The position numbers and the translations under genes were made by a program. From positions 12,014-76,013 of the forward strand of contig CAYNEI010000001.1 in the NCBI GenBank assembly GCA_964396185.1: a DNA stretch of 64,000 nt. The letters are read 5' to 3'. The stretch comes from an uncultured Thermoplasmatales archaeon. GTDB taxonomy: Archaea; Thermoplasmatota; SW-10-69-26. A model generated the notes under the pieces. The model did no database searches. It saw only the letters and a list, made by a program, of their open reading frames with translations, and was not told the origin of the DNA. Positions 1-6,836 of the stretch are shown in pieces (within the stretch, counting starts at the first letter, position 1; the number at the start of each line of letters is the position of its first letter).

Positions 1-18
1 CTCGGAGATCACGCGACC

Positions 19-828
19 GTGGAGTACGGGATCTCGACCCCCCAGTCCATGTTCCTCGGCGATGGCGTGGAGATCGTCGGCGATCTCGTGGCCGGCGAGG
101 ACATCCGCATCGACGTCTTCTCCACGATCCACGGACAGATCAAAGCCAGTGGCTCCGCCTTCCTCGGCGAGGGCGTTCGCGTCACCCAGCGCTTGAGCGT
201 GGACAAGGACCTGGACGTTGGCGACGAGGTGACCCTGGAGGCAGGCTTCGAAGCGCGCGGCTGGATCAACATCCGCAGCCCCATCCCCACCATCGTCTAC
301 CTCATGATCTTCCTCATGCAGATGATGCGCCAGGGCCGAAGCGAAGAGGTCCAGCGCGTGCTCGAGCAGCTCGAGGAAGCAGAGGAGACCTTCCAGGTCT
401 CCGACACCTTCCTCTTCGTGCCCGGCGGCTCACGCCTTGGCCTCCAGGAGAGCCTGGTCAAGGGCGGCATGCGAACGGGCACGGACTGCCGGGTGCTGGG
501 CAACTTCCAGGTCGAGGACGACACCGTGCTCGGCCGGGGCACAGAGCTCCATGGCTCCCTTCGAGTCCAAGGCGGCGTGCGCCTTCGACCCGGCGCGGTG
601 GTCCACGGCGACATCGAGGCCTGGGACGAGGTGAGCCTCGGCGAGGAGGCTGTCGTCCACGGCCAAGTCTCGGCCAAGAGCGTGGATATCCGCCCGGGAG
701 CCGAGGTGCGCGGCACGATCAAGGCGCCTGACGGGGTGCAGTTCCTCACCGAGGAGAGCCTCGAGATGGAGCGCAAGGTCCAGGACTTCAACGACGGCGT
801 GCAGAAGGTCGGCGAGCTGCTCGACTGA
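19..828 (+). CDS. bactofilin-like beta-helical (polymer-forming) protein with a central hydrophobic segment; frame is open back to position 1, so the true start may lie upstream of the window
   Basis: 269-aa ORF. Two blocks of short G/D-x-V/I repeats typical of bactofilin-type beta-helices (GDGVEIVGDLVAGEDIRIDV...; GTELHGSLRVQGGVRLRPGAVVHGDIEAWDEVSLGEEAVVHGQV...) flank the hydrophobic stretch PIPTIVYLMIFLMQMM. GC3-rich coding pattern. Confidence 0.5.
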   Translation: MEYGISTPQSMFLGDGVEIVGDLVAGEDIRIDVFSTIHGQIKASGSAFLGEGVRVTQRLSVDKDLDVGDEVTLEAGFEARGWINIRSPIPTIVYLMIFLMQMMRQGRSEEVQRVLEQLEEAEETFQVSDTFLFVPGGSRLGLQESLVKGGMRTGTDCRVLGNFQVEDDTVLGRGTELHGSLRVQGGVRLRPGAVVHGDIEAWDEVSLGEEAVVHGQVSAKSVDIRPGAEVRGTIKAPDGVQFLTEESLEMERKVQDFNDGVQKVGELLD

Positions 829-894
829 CCGGCTCCATCGCCAGCCTCCGCCGGCCGGCAACGCTTTTAGCCAGGGCCCCGCCTCCAGCGCGCC

Positions 895-2085
895 ATGGAG
901 CTCGGGCTGGTCGGCAAGCCGAACGTTGGGAAGAGCACCCTGTTCGCCTCGGCCACCATGGCCCCTGTCGAGGCTGCCAACTACCCCTTCACGACCATCG
1001 AGGCCAACCGAGGCATGGGCTACGTGCGCGCCGAGTGTCCGCACGTCGAGCTCGGGCTGGAGGCTTGCGAACCGAACAACGCCCCCTGCCGCTCGGGCAC
1101 GCGCTGGGTCCCGGTCGAGCTCACGGATGTGGCCGGCCTGGTCCCAGGGGCCCACGAGGGTCGCGGGCTCGGCAACAAGTTCCTCGACGACGTGCGCCAG
1201 GCCGCAGCCCTGGTCCACGTCATCGATGCCGCAGGGGCAACCAACGCCGAGGGTGAGCCGGTTGACCCGGGCACGCATGATGCTCGCGAGGACATCGCGT
1301 TCCTCACCGACGAGGTGGAGCGCTGGCTGGCAGGCGTGCTCTGGAGGGACTTCGAGCGGGCCGCGCGCCGGGTCAAGGCGGGCACGGCCAAGACCGAGGA
1401 CGTCATCCACGACCGGCTCTCTGGGTTGGGCGTGGCCCACCAGCACGTCGTACAGGCGCTTCGCGAGGTGGAGGTCGACGAGAGCGAGCCCACGGCCTGG
1501 AGCAAGGGGCACGTGCTCGAGATCGCGCGCGCCGTACGCCGGATCTCGCGTCCGGTCATCATCGCGGCCAACAAGGCCGATCTCGCCACGGACGAACAGC
1601 TCGAGGCGCTCAAGGCCACAGGCGAGACCGTGGTGCCCACCTCAGCCGAGGCCGAGCTCGCCTTGCGGCGTGCGGCAGAGAAGGGCTTGATCGCCTACGA
1701 GCCAGGAGATGCTAGCTTCGAGATCCTGGGCGAGCCAGAAGCCAAGCAGCGTAAAGGTCTCGAGCTGATCCAGGAGCGGGTGCTCGATCGCTTCGGGAGC
1801 ACAGGCGTCCAGGCGGTGCTGGAGAAGGGCGTCTACGAGGTGCTCGATCGCATCGTGGTCTTCCCGGTGGAGGATGATTCCCACTACACGGATGGCGAGG
1901 GCAACGTCCTGCCCGATGCCTTCCTGGTCCCCAGGGGCACGACGGCGCGAGCCATGGCCTACCACGTACACACGGATCTGGGCGAGAACTTCATCCGGGC
2001 GGTGGATGCGCGCACCCACCGAGCAGTGGCCGCCGACCACGAGCTCGAGCACCGTGATATCGTGCGCATCGTGGCCGACAACTGA
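895..2085 (+). CDS. Obg/YchF-DRG-type GTP-binding protein with C-terminal TGS-like domain
   Basis: 396-aa ORF. N-terminal P-loop GLVGKPNVGKSTLF, G2/G3 region YPFTTIEAN...DVAGLV, NKAD G4 motif, C-terminal ...HRDIVRIVADN. Confidence 0.85.
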   Translation: MELGLVGKPNVGKSTLFASATMAPVEAANYPFTTIEANRGMGYVRAECPHVELGLEACEPNNAPCRSGTRWVPVELTDVAGLVPGAHEGRGLGNKFLDDVRQAAALVHVIDAAGATNAEGEPVDPGTHDAREDIAFLTDEVERWLAGVLWRDFERAARRVKAGTAKTEDVIHDRLSGLGVAHQHVVQALREVEVDESEPTAWSKGHVLEIARAVRRISRPVIIAANKADLATDEQLEALKATGETVVPTSAEAELALRRAAEKGLIAYEPGDASFEILGEPEAKQRKGLELIQERVLDRFGSTGVQAVLEKGVYEVLDRIVVFPVEDDSHYTDGEGNVLPDAFLVPRGTTARAMAYHVHTDLGENFIRAVDARTHRAVAADHELEHRDIVRIVADN

Positions 2086-2117
2086 CCGGTACGGCGGTCT
2101 GCCACTTCCGCGGTCGG

Positions 2118-2705
2118 CTAGGCCTCGCCGATGTCCATCTCGAAGCTGAAACCCATGGCGTACGGCCGTGGGAGCATCCCCCAGCTGGAATCCCGGGTGA
2201 CGCCTGAGACGAGGGGGCCCTCATCCATGGTCACTGTGGCGTAGCGCGCCCCGACAGGCACCGAGCCCAGCTCGTCGCCGTGCTCGTCGTCGTGGACCTC
2301 GCCCACGGCCTGGTAGTCCTCGTCGAAGAACTGGACCGAGAGATCGTAGTCCTGGCCGCCCGTGTCCAGGCCCTTGGCCAGGAAGGCGTAGTTCTTGCTG
2401 TGCACGATGCACGAGAGCTCCACGACGTAGGCATCGATCCCGTTGGCGTACTTCATCCGGTGGTTCAGCTCCGTCTGCTCGCCGATGACGTGGACGAGCT
2501 CGCTTGCACGGAAGGTCTCGTCCAACGGCGTGGTGGCGGTGAAGTAGTCCTGTGTCTTCTGGCCAAGCACGCAGTCGTCGCTGGCCTCGCTGGCTGCCAG
2601 CGTGGTCCCCAGGGGGACCACAGCCAGCACCATGATGGCTGCGAGAAGGGCTATACGGGGTCGGGAACCGAGTAGTGGGATCATACCGTCTTCCTCCGGT
2701 TGCAC
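2118..2705 (-). CDS. secreted hypothetical protein
   Basis: 195-aa ORF with an N-terminal signal-like segment (RPRIALLAAIMVLAVVPLGTTLAASEA). Acidic mature part. An alternative Met start lies 7 codons in. No family recognised. Confidence 0.6.
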   Translation of the reverse strand: MQPEEDGMIPLLGSRPRIALLAAIMVLAVVPLGTTLAASEASDDCVLGQKTQDYFTATTPLDETFRASELVHVIGEQTELNHRMKYANGIDAYVVELSCIVHSKNYAFLAKGLDTGGQDYDLSVQFFDEDYQAVGEVHDDEHGDELGSVPVGARYATVTMDEGPLVSGVTRDSSWGMLPRPYAMGFSFEMDIGEA

Positions 2706-2805
2706 TCCGGTCCGGCGGGGGGTTCAAAAGTCTTTCCGGGAGAGTCTGTCTGTCTCCCCCTCTCGTGACAACAGCGCCCGGCAGGCCGCCCACCAGGGGC
2801 GGAAC

Positions 2806-2980
2806 CCAGGCGCTCTCCAGAGCGCGCGTTGATGGGCTGCGTTCTCCCGCGGCCGCAACCCAGGCGGTCGCCAGACCGCGCGTCAACTCAGTGGTTCCCC
2901 GCCCCCAGACCACGCGTCGACGCGATGGTCCCCCGGGCGCCAGAGCGCTCGTTGAAGCGGTTGAAGCGATGGTCCGTTGC
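2806..2980. repeat. degenerate tandem repeat, four units of CCAGAsCGCkCGTyrA-N(6-17)-(G)TGGTyCC
   Basis: Units start at 2817, 2871, 2905 and 2940. The first two are also preceded by AACCCAGGCG. The repeat lies in the intergenic space between the 3' end of dph5 and the start of the secreted-protein gene. Confidence 0.5.
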
Positions 2981-2996
2981 CTACCAGGCCACCCGG

Positions 2997-3779
2997 CTAG
3001 GCGATGGGTTCCGCCAGCGTCTCGATCGCCTCGCGTTCGAACGCGCTGAGCTCCCCGGGGACGATGAGCGAGTGCATGGGCTCTCCGGAATCCAGCTCGC
3101 TGATCGCTTCGAGCGTGCCGCGGTAGACGGCTGCGTCCTCTCGGCCCGCGCGCGCGATGGCCAGGACCTCCGTGGAGGCCTTGAGCACCTCATCCCCTCG
3201 CTTGTCGGCAAGCTCGAGGAGCACGCTGGCCCCTTCGGCTGCCGTCATGCACGTGCCGTCCTCCTGGATGTCCAGGAGCACGAGGGTGTGGAGGCCTGCC
3301 TTCAGGTTGGCCCGGATGGCGTCGTAGGGGCTCTCGGGGAAGTAGCCAGGCTGAGGCGTGACCAGCGTGGTGGTGCGCCCGAACTTGTAGTGGGACGTGC
3401 CAGCAAGCCCGGAGGCGGCAGTGAGGATGCTGGCTGCGAAGTGGATCTCCACAGCGATGCCCTCCTCTCGGGCTTGCATGCGCAGGGAGGTGTGGGTGGT
3501 GGCCGAGAGGGGATCGCCTGCCACCAGGAGGCAACAGCCTCCGTCCCGAGCGGCCTCGAGCAGGACATCGGCGTCCTCGACGGGCGCCCGGCCGAGCGGT
3601 TCGACGGAGCAGCCGAGGCGGTCTTCCAGCGCTTCGATGGGCTCGGGCGCGATGGCGGTGTAGGCCTCGAGGTAGACGTGGCTGGCGCGCTGGGCGGCCT
3701 CCAGGCCCGCGACAGGGATCCCGCCAGGGCCCAAGCCAAGCCCGACGAGGGCCAGCCAGGCGTCGCTCTCTTCCACCAT
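2997..3779 (-). CDS. dph5: diphthine synthase (diphthamide biosynthesis methyltransferase)
   Basis: 260-aa ORF. LVGLGLG...YLEAYT...VAGDPLSATTHTSL...GLAGTSHYKFGRTTTL are characteristic tetrapyrrole-methylase/Dph5 blocks. Confidence 0.9.
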   Translation of the reverse strand: MVEESDAWLALVGLGLGPGGIPVAGLEAAQRASHVYLEAYTAIAPEPIEALEDRLGCSVEPLGRAPVEDADVLLEAARDGGCCLLVAGDPLSATTHTSLRMQAREEGIAVEIHFAASILTAASGLAGTSHYKFGRTTTLVTPQPGYFPESPYDAIRANLKAGLHTLVLLDIQEDGTCMTAAEGASVLLELADKRGDEVLKASTEVLAIARAGREDAAVYRGTLEAISELDSGEPMHSLIVPGELSAFEREAIETLAEPIA

Positions 3780-3922
3780 GGCCGGGCCATACGGCTTCTG
3801 GGCCTAAACCCCGAGCCTGGCTCGAAGGGGCCTCAGGGGCTGGGGTGGGTCGTCAGGGGCGGGGGTTGATATGTGGAGCAGCGACCGCTGGGGTTATCCC
3901 GCCAGCCCCCTGACCTGTTCCC

Positions 3923-4321
3923 ATGGGCCACGAGGAGCTCGACCCGATCCGCAAGGGGTTGCTCGTGGCGTGCGGCATCCTGAGCGTCGGTGTGGCGTTC
4001 CTCGGGATCGTTCTCCCGCTGCTGCCCACCACACCGTTCGTGCTCCTGGCGGCCTGGTGCTTCGCGCGCAGCTCCAAGCGCCTGCACCGGTGGCTGCGCG
4101 AGCACCGGTGGTTCGGGGAGCCGCTTCGATCCTGGGAGGACCACCGCGCCGTCCCGCCCCGCACGAAGCGGTGGGCCATGGTGCTCGTGGCCGTCACGTT
4201 CCCGGTGGCGATCTACCTGGCCCCGCTGACCGAGGTGCAGATCGGGCTTGGCGTGCTAGCGCTGATCGCGCTCTTCAGCCTCTCCCGGCTCCCCACCCTG
4301 CCTCGCCCGGCGCCCGGTTAA
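3923..4321 (+). CDS. DUF454/YbaN-family small inner-membrane protein
   Basis: 132-aa ORF. LPLLPTTPFVLLAAWCFARSS.RLHRWL..H..FG motif plus further TM segments. Confidence 0.75.
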   Translation: MGHEELDPIRKGLLVACGILSVGVAFLGIVLPLLPTTPFVLLAAWCFARSSKRLHRWLREHRWFGEPLRSWEDHRAVPPRTKRWAMVLVAVTFPVAIYLAPLTEVQIGLGVLALIALFSLSRLPTLPRPAPG

Positions 4322-4353
4322 GCGGTCTGCTCCACCGTCGCTCAAGCACGAAG

Positions 4354-5232
4354 ATGATCGCGCCGAGAGCGCACGGTTCAAGGGGCAAGCCCTGCTTGCT
4401 GGCCGAGATGGCCGGCTCCTGGCGCGATGACGTGGACGCACCCGCCGCGGTGCGCGACCAACTCCCCCGCGGCTACGACTTGGTCGGCCACGTGGCCATC
4501 CTCCACCTCATCGACCCGCTCTCCAGCCTGGATCCCTCCCCCGGTTTCCAAGCCAGCGTGGCCGAAGCGCTCATCGAAGCCGTCCCTCCCGCGCGCACGG
4601 CCGCCATCGACCAGGGCGTGGAGGGCGAGCTCAGGACCCGGGCCATCCAGGTCATCGGCGGGGATCGCGAGCTCGTCACCGAGCACAAGGAGAACGGGTG
4701 CCGGCTCATCGTGGATCTGGAGACATGCTACTTCTCGCCCCGGCTGGCCGGCGAGCGGGCCCGCGTGGCCGAGCAGATCGAGCCAGGGGAGCGGGTGCTG
4801 GACATGTACTGCGGTGTGGGGCCGTATGCTGTGCTGGCGGCCAAGCAGGGGGCCAGCGTGGTCGCTGTGGATCTCAACCCCGCGGCTTCCAGGCTGGCCT
4901 GGCGCAACGCCAAGCGCAACAAGGTGGCCGACCGGGTGGACGTGGTCTGCGCGGACGGACAAGCCCTGGCCGATGGCAGCGGGCCCGTCTTCGACCACAT
5001 CATCATGAACCTCCCCCACGATGCGCCCGCCCACCTCGGTGCTGCGCGCCAAGCCCTCAAGCCCGGGGGACGCATCCACCTGGGTGCGATGATCGACAAG
5101 GACGAGCACGAGCAGGCAGCGGCTGGCCTGGCCGAAGAGCATGGGCTCGCGTTGGCTGGCATCGTGCACGTGCGCAACTACAACCCGGCTGTGGGGCACT
5201 ACTGCATCGAGCTGGACGGCCCAGCCGCGTGA
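4354..5232 (+). CDS. trm5: tRNA (guanine37-N1)-methyltransferase, Trm5/Tyw2 class I SAM methyltransferase
   Basis: C-terminal part of track ORF 3871..5232. ATG at 4354 (alternative 4408) follows the ybaN-like stop. Motifs: DLVGHVAILHL, VLDMYCGVGPYAV, VVAVDLNP, IIMNLPH. Confidence 0.8.
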   Translation: MIAPRAHGSRGKPCLLAEMAGSWRDDVDAPAAVRDQLPRGYDLVGHVAILHLIDPLSSLDPSPGFQASVAEALIEAVPPARTAAIDQGVEGELRTRAIQVIGGDRELVTEHKENGCRLIVDLETCYFSPRLAGERARVAEQIEPGERVLDMYCGVGPYAVLAAKQGASVVAVDLNPAASRLAWRNAKRNKVADRVDVVCADGQALADGSGPVFDHIIMNLPHDAPAHLGAARQALKPGGRIHLGAMIDKDEHEQAAAGLAEEHGLALAGIVHVRNYNPAVGHYCIELDGPAA

Positions 5233-5300
5233 CGGCCTCTTGCGCAGCCACCTGCTACAGAGAGGTCGGCTGTGGCATCCTAGACGGCGGGGAGCAACAC

Positions 5301-5308
5301 ATATTTAA
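5301..5308 (+). promoter_or_regulatory. TATA-box-like element (ATATTTAA) upstream of the ATPase gene
   Basis: The only AT-rich octamer in an otherwise GC-rich spacer, 50 nt upstream of the ATG at 5358. Confidence 0.45.
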
Positions 5309-5327
5309 GTCTGTGCGCAGTAGAACT

Positions 5328-5349
5328 CCCACAGAATCGATTCTGTGGG
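5328..5349. promoter_or_regulatory. perfect 22-nt palindrome CCCACAGAATCGATTCTGTGGG between TATA element and start codon (operator or 5' leader hairpin)
   Basis: Read directly. The two 11-nt halves are exact reverse complements. It ends 8 nt before the ATG at 5358. Confidence 0.6.
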
Positions 5350-5357
5350 TAGTGGAC

Positions 5358-6626
5358 ATGGCAAATATCCGGGGGATGCTGATCGACCTGAACCCGTGGT
5401 GGCGAGGGCCCTACGAGCTCGAGGGGTACAGCGAACGAGACCTGCGCACCGAGCTTGAGCCGTTCATGGAGCAGCCACAGATCGTCGCCATCACCGGGCT
5501 GCGCCGTGTTGGGAAGACCACGTTGTTGCACAAGTTGGCCGAAGGCGCCGTCGATGAGGGCCCGCCCACGAAGGTGGTCTACTTCTCCTTCGATGAGCAC
5601 CACCGGGGGACCATCCGCGAGGTGCTTGACACATACCAGGACATCACAGAGGAGGGATTGGGGGAGGGCGATACGCTGGTTCTTCTCGACGAAATCCAAA
5701 AGCTGGAGGGCTGGCCGGATCAGCTCAAAACGCTCTATGACATGCACAAGGGCAATGTGAAGTTCGTGGTTTCCGGCTCCGAATCCCTGTTCATCCGCGC
5801 CGGGTCCCGCGAGACCCTGGCAGGTCGCTTGTTCGACTTTCAACTACGACCGCTGTCGTTCCGCGAGTACCTGCGATTCAAAGAGGCCGACTACGAACCC
5901 ATCGGCGTCCATGAACGAGAGCTTGAGGCCCACTTCGATGCGTTCCTGCGTACGCAAGGCTTCCCTGAACTCGTCGATGTGGAAGATCGGGCGGTCGCTC
6001 GCAAGTACCTACGCGAAAGCCTGGTGGAGCGCATCGTCTTCCGGGATCTGCCGACCTTGACCGGGCTGCAGAACATCGAGGCACTAGAGAGCGTGCTGAA
6101 CATCCTGATGGAAGAGCCGGGCCAGATCGTCAAAGTCAACGACCTGGCCGGCCAGCTGGACGTCTCGCGGAAGACGTTGTCGAACTACCTCAACTACCTC
6201 GAGCAGGCGTTCCTGTTGCGCAAGCTGTACAACTATTCCAGGAGCAGGCGTAAGGTCGAACGCAAGCTCCGCAAGTTCTACCCATCGATCCTCTCCGTCG
6301 ACCTCGTCTACCGGGACGACCCCCTGGCCCGGTCCCGGACGTTCGAGGCGATGATCGTCCACCAACTGGATGCAGAGTTCTTCTGGCGAGACCCCTACCA
6401 GCACGAGGTCGATATCGTGCTCGGGAAGGATGAGCCGATCCCGGTCGAAGTCAAATGGAGCGCTGTGAACACGGACGGGGTGGAACGGTTCATGGAGAAG
6501 TTCGGCGTGGCCCGCGGGTTCGTGATCTCGCGGGATGTCGAGCAGACCCGCGAGGTCGAGGCGGGCACGATCGAGATCGTGCCAGCTTACAAGTTCCTCT
6601 TGGGCAGTTCCCAGCGGTTTCTCTAG
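5358..6626 (+). CDS. AAA+ ATPase with DUF4143-like C-terminal PD-(D/E)xK-type domain (COG1373-like)
   Basis: Homology starts at MANIRGMLIDLNPWW (ATG 5358) within track ORF 4698..6626. Walker A GLRRVGKTTLL, Walker B VLLDEIQ, C-terminal HEVDIVL...PVEVKW. Confidence 0.8.
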   Translation: MANIRGMLIDLNPWWRGPYELEGYSERDLRTELEPFMEQPQIVAITGLRRVGKTTLLHKLAEGAVDEGPPTKVVYFSFDEHHRGTIREVLDTYQDITEEGLGEGDTLVLLDEIQKLEGWPDQLKTLYDMHKGNVKFVVSGSESLFIRAGSRETLAGRLFDFQLRPLSFREYLRFKEADYEPIGVHERELEAHFDAFLRTQGFPELVDVEDRAVARKYLRESLVERIVFRDLPTLTGLQNIEALESVLNILMEEPGQIVKVNDLAGQLDVSRKTLSNYLNYLEQAFLLRKLYNYSRSRRKVERKLRKFYPSILSVDLVYRDDPLARSRTFEAMIVHQLDAEFFWRDPYQHEVDIVLGKDEPIPVEVKWSAVNTDGVERFMEKFGVARGFVISRDVEQTREVEAGTIEIVPAYKFLLGSSQRFL

Positions 6627-6649
6627 CGTCAACGACGACAGCGGAGAAG

Positions 6650-6723
6650 AGCCACCGGAGGGATTCGAACCCTCGGCCTGCTGTTTACAAGACAGCTGCT
6701 CTAGCCAACTGAGCTACGGTGGC
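6650..6723 (-). tRNA. tRNA-Thr (anticodon UGU)
   Basis: Reverse complement folds as GCCACCG-TA-GCTC-AGTTGGCTA-GAGC-A-GCTGT-CTTGTAA-ACAGC-AGGCC-GAGGG-TTCGAAT-CCCTC-CGGTGGC-T. All stems are perfect. 74 nt, no encoded CCA. Confidence 0.9.
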
Positions 6724-6836
6724 AGCACCCCTGCCAACCCCGCACTGCTCAAACCGTTTTCGCCTCCGGCACCCATGCACACCCTGGTCACCACAGCCGG
6801 ACAACACCCATACCGCAGACCGGTCTCCTCGGCCGC

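Noticed and set aside
2118-2705. Possible homology between the two small secreted proteins 2118..2705 and 39037..39537.
   Set aside because: Both are acidic, beta-rich and carry signal peptides, but I could not align shared motifs convincingly by eye. I make no paralogy claim.
3871-4353. N-terminal extensions of track ORFs (3871..5232, 4698..6626, 46094..48859, 9593..11998, 11953..12831).
   Set aside because: The extensions overlap the preceding genes, are Arg/Pro-rich and motif-free. Family homology begins at internal start codons that sit at ATGA/GTGA junctions or behind TATA-like elements.
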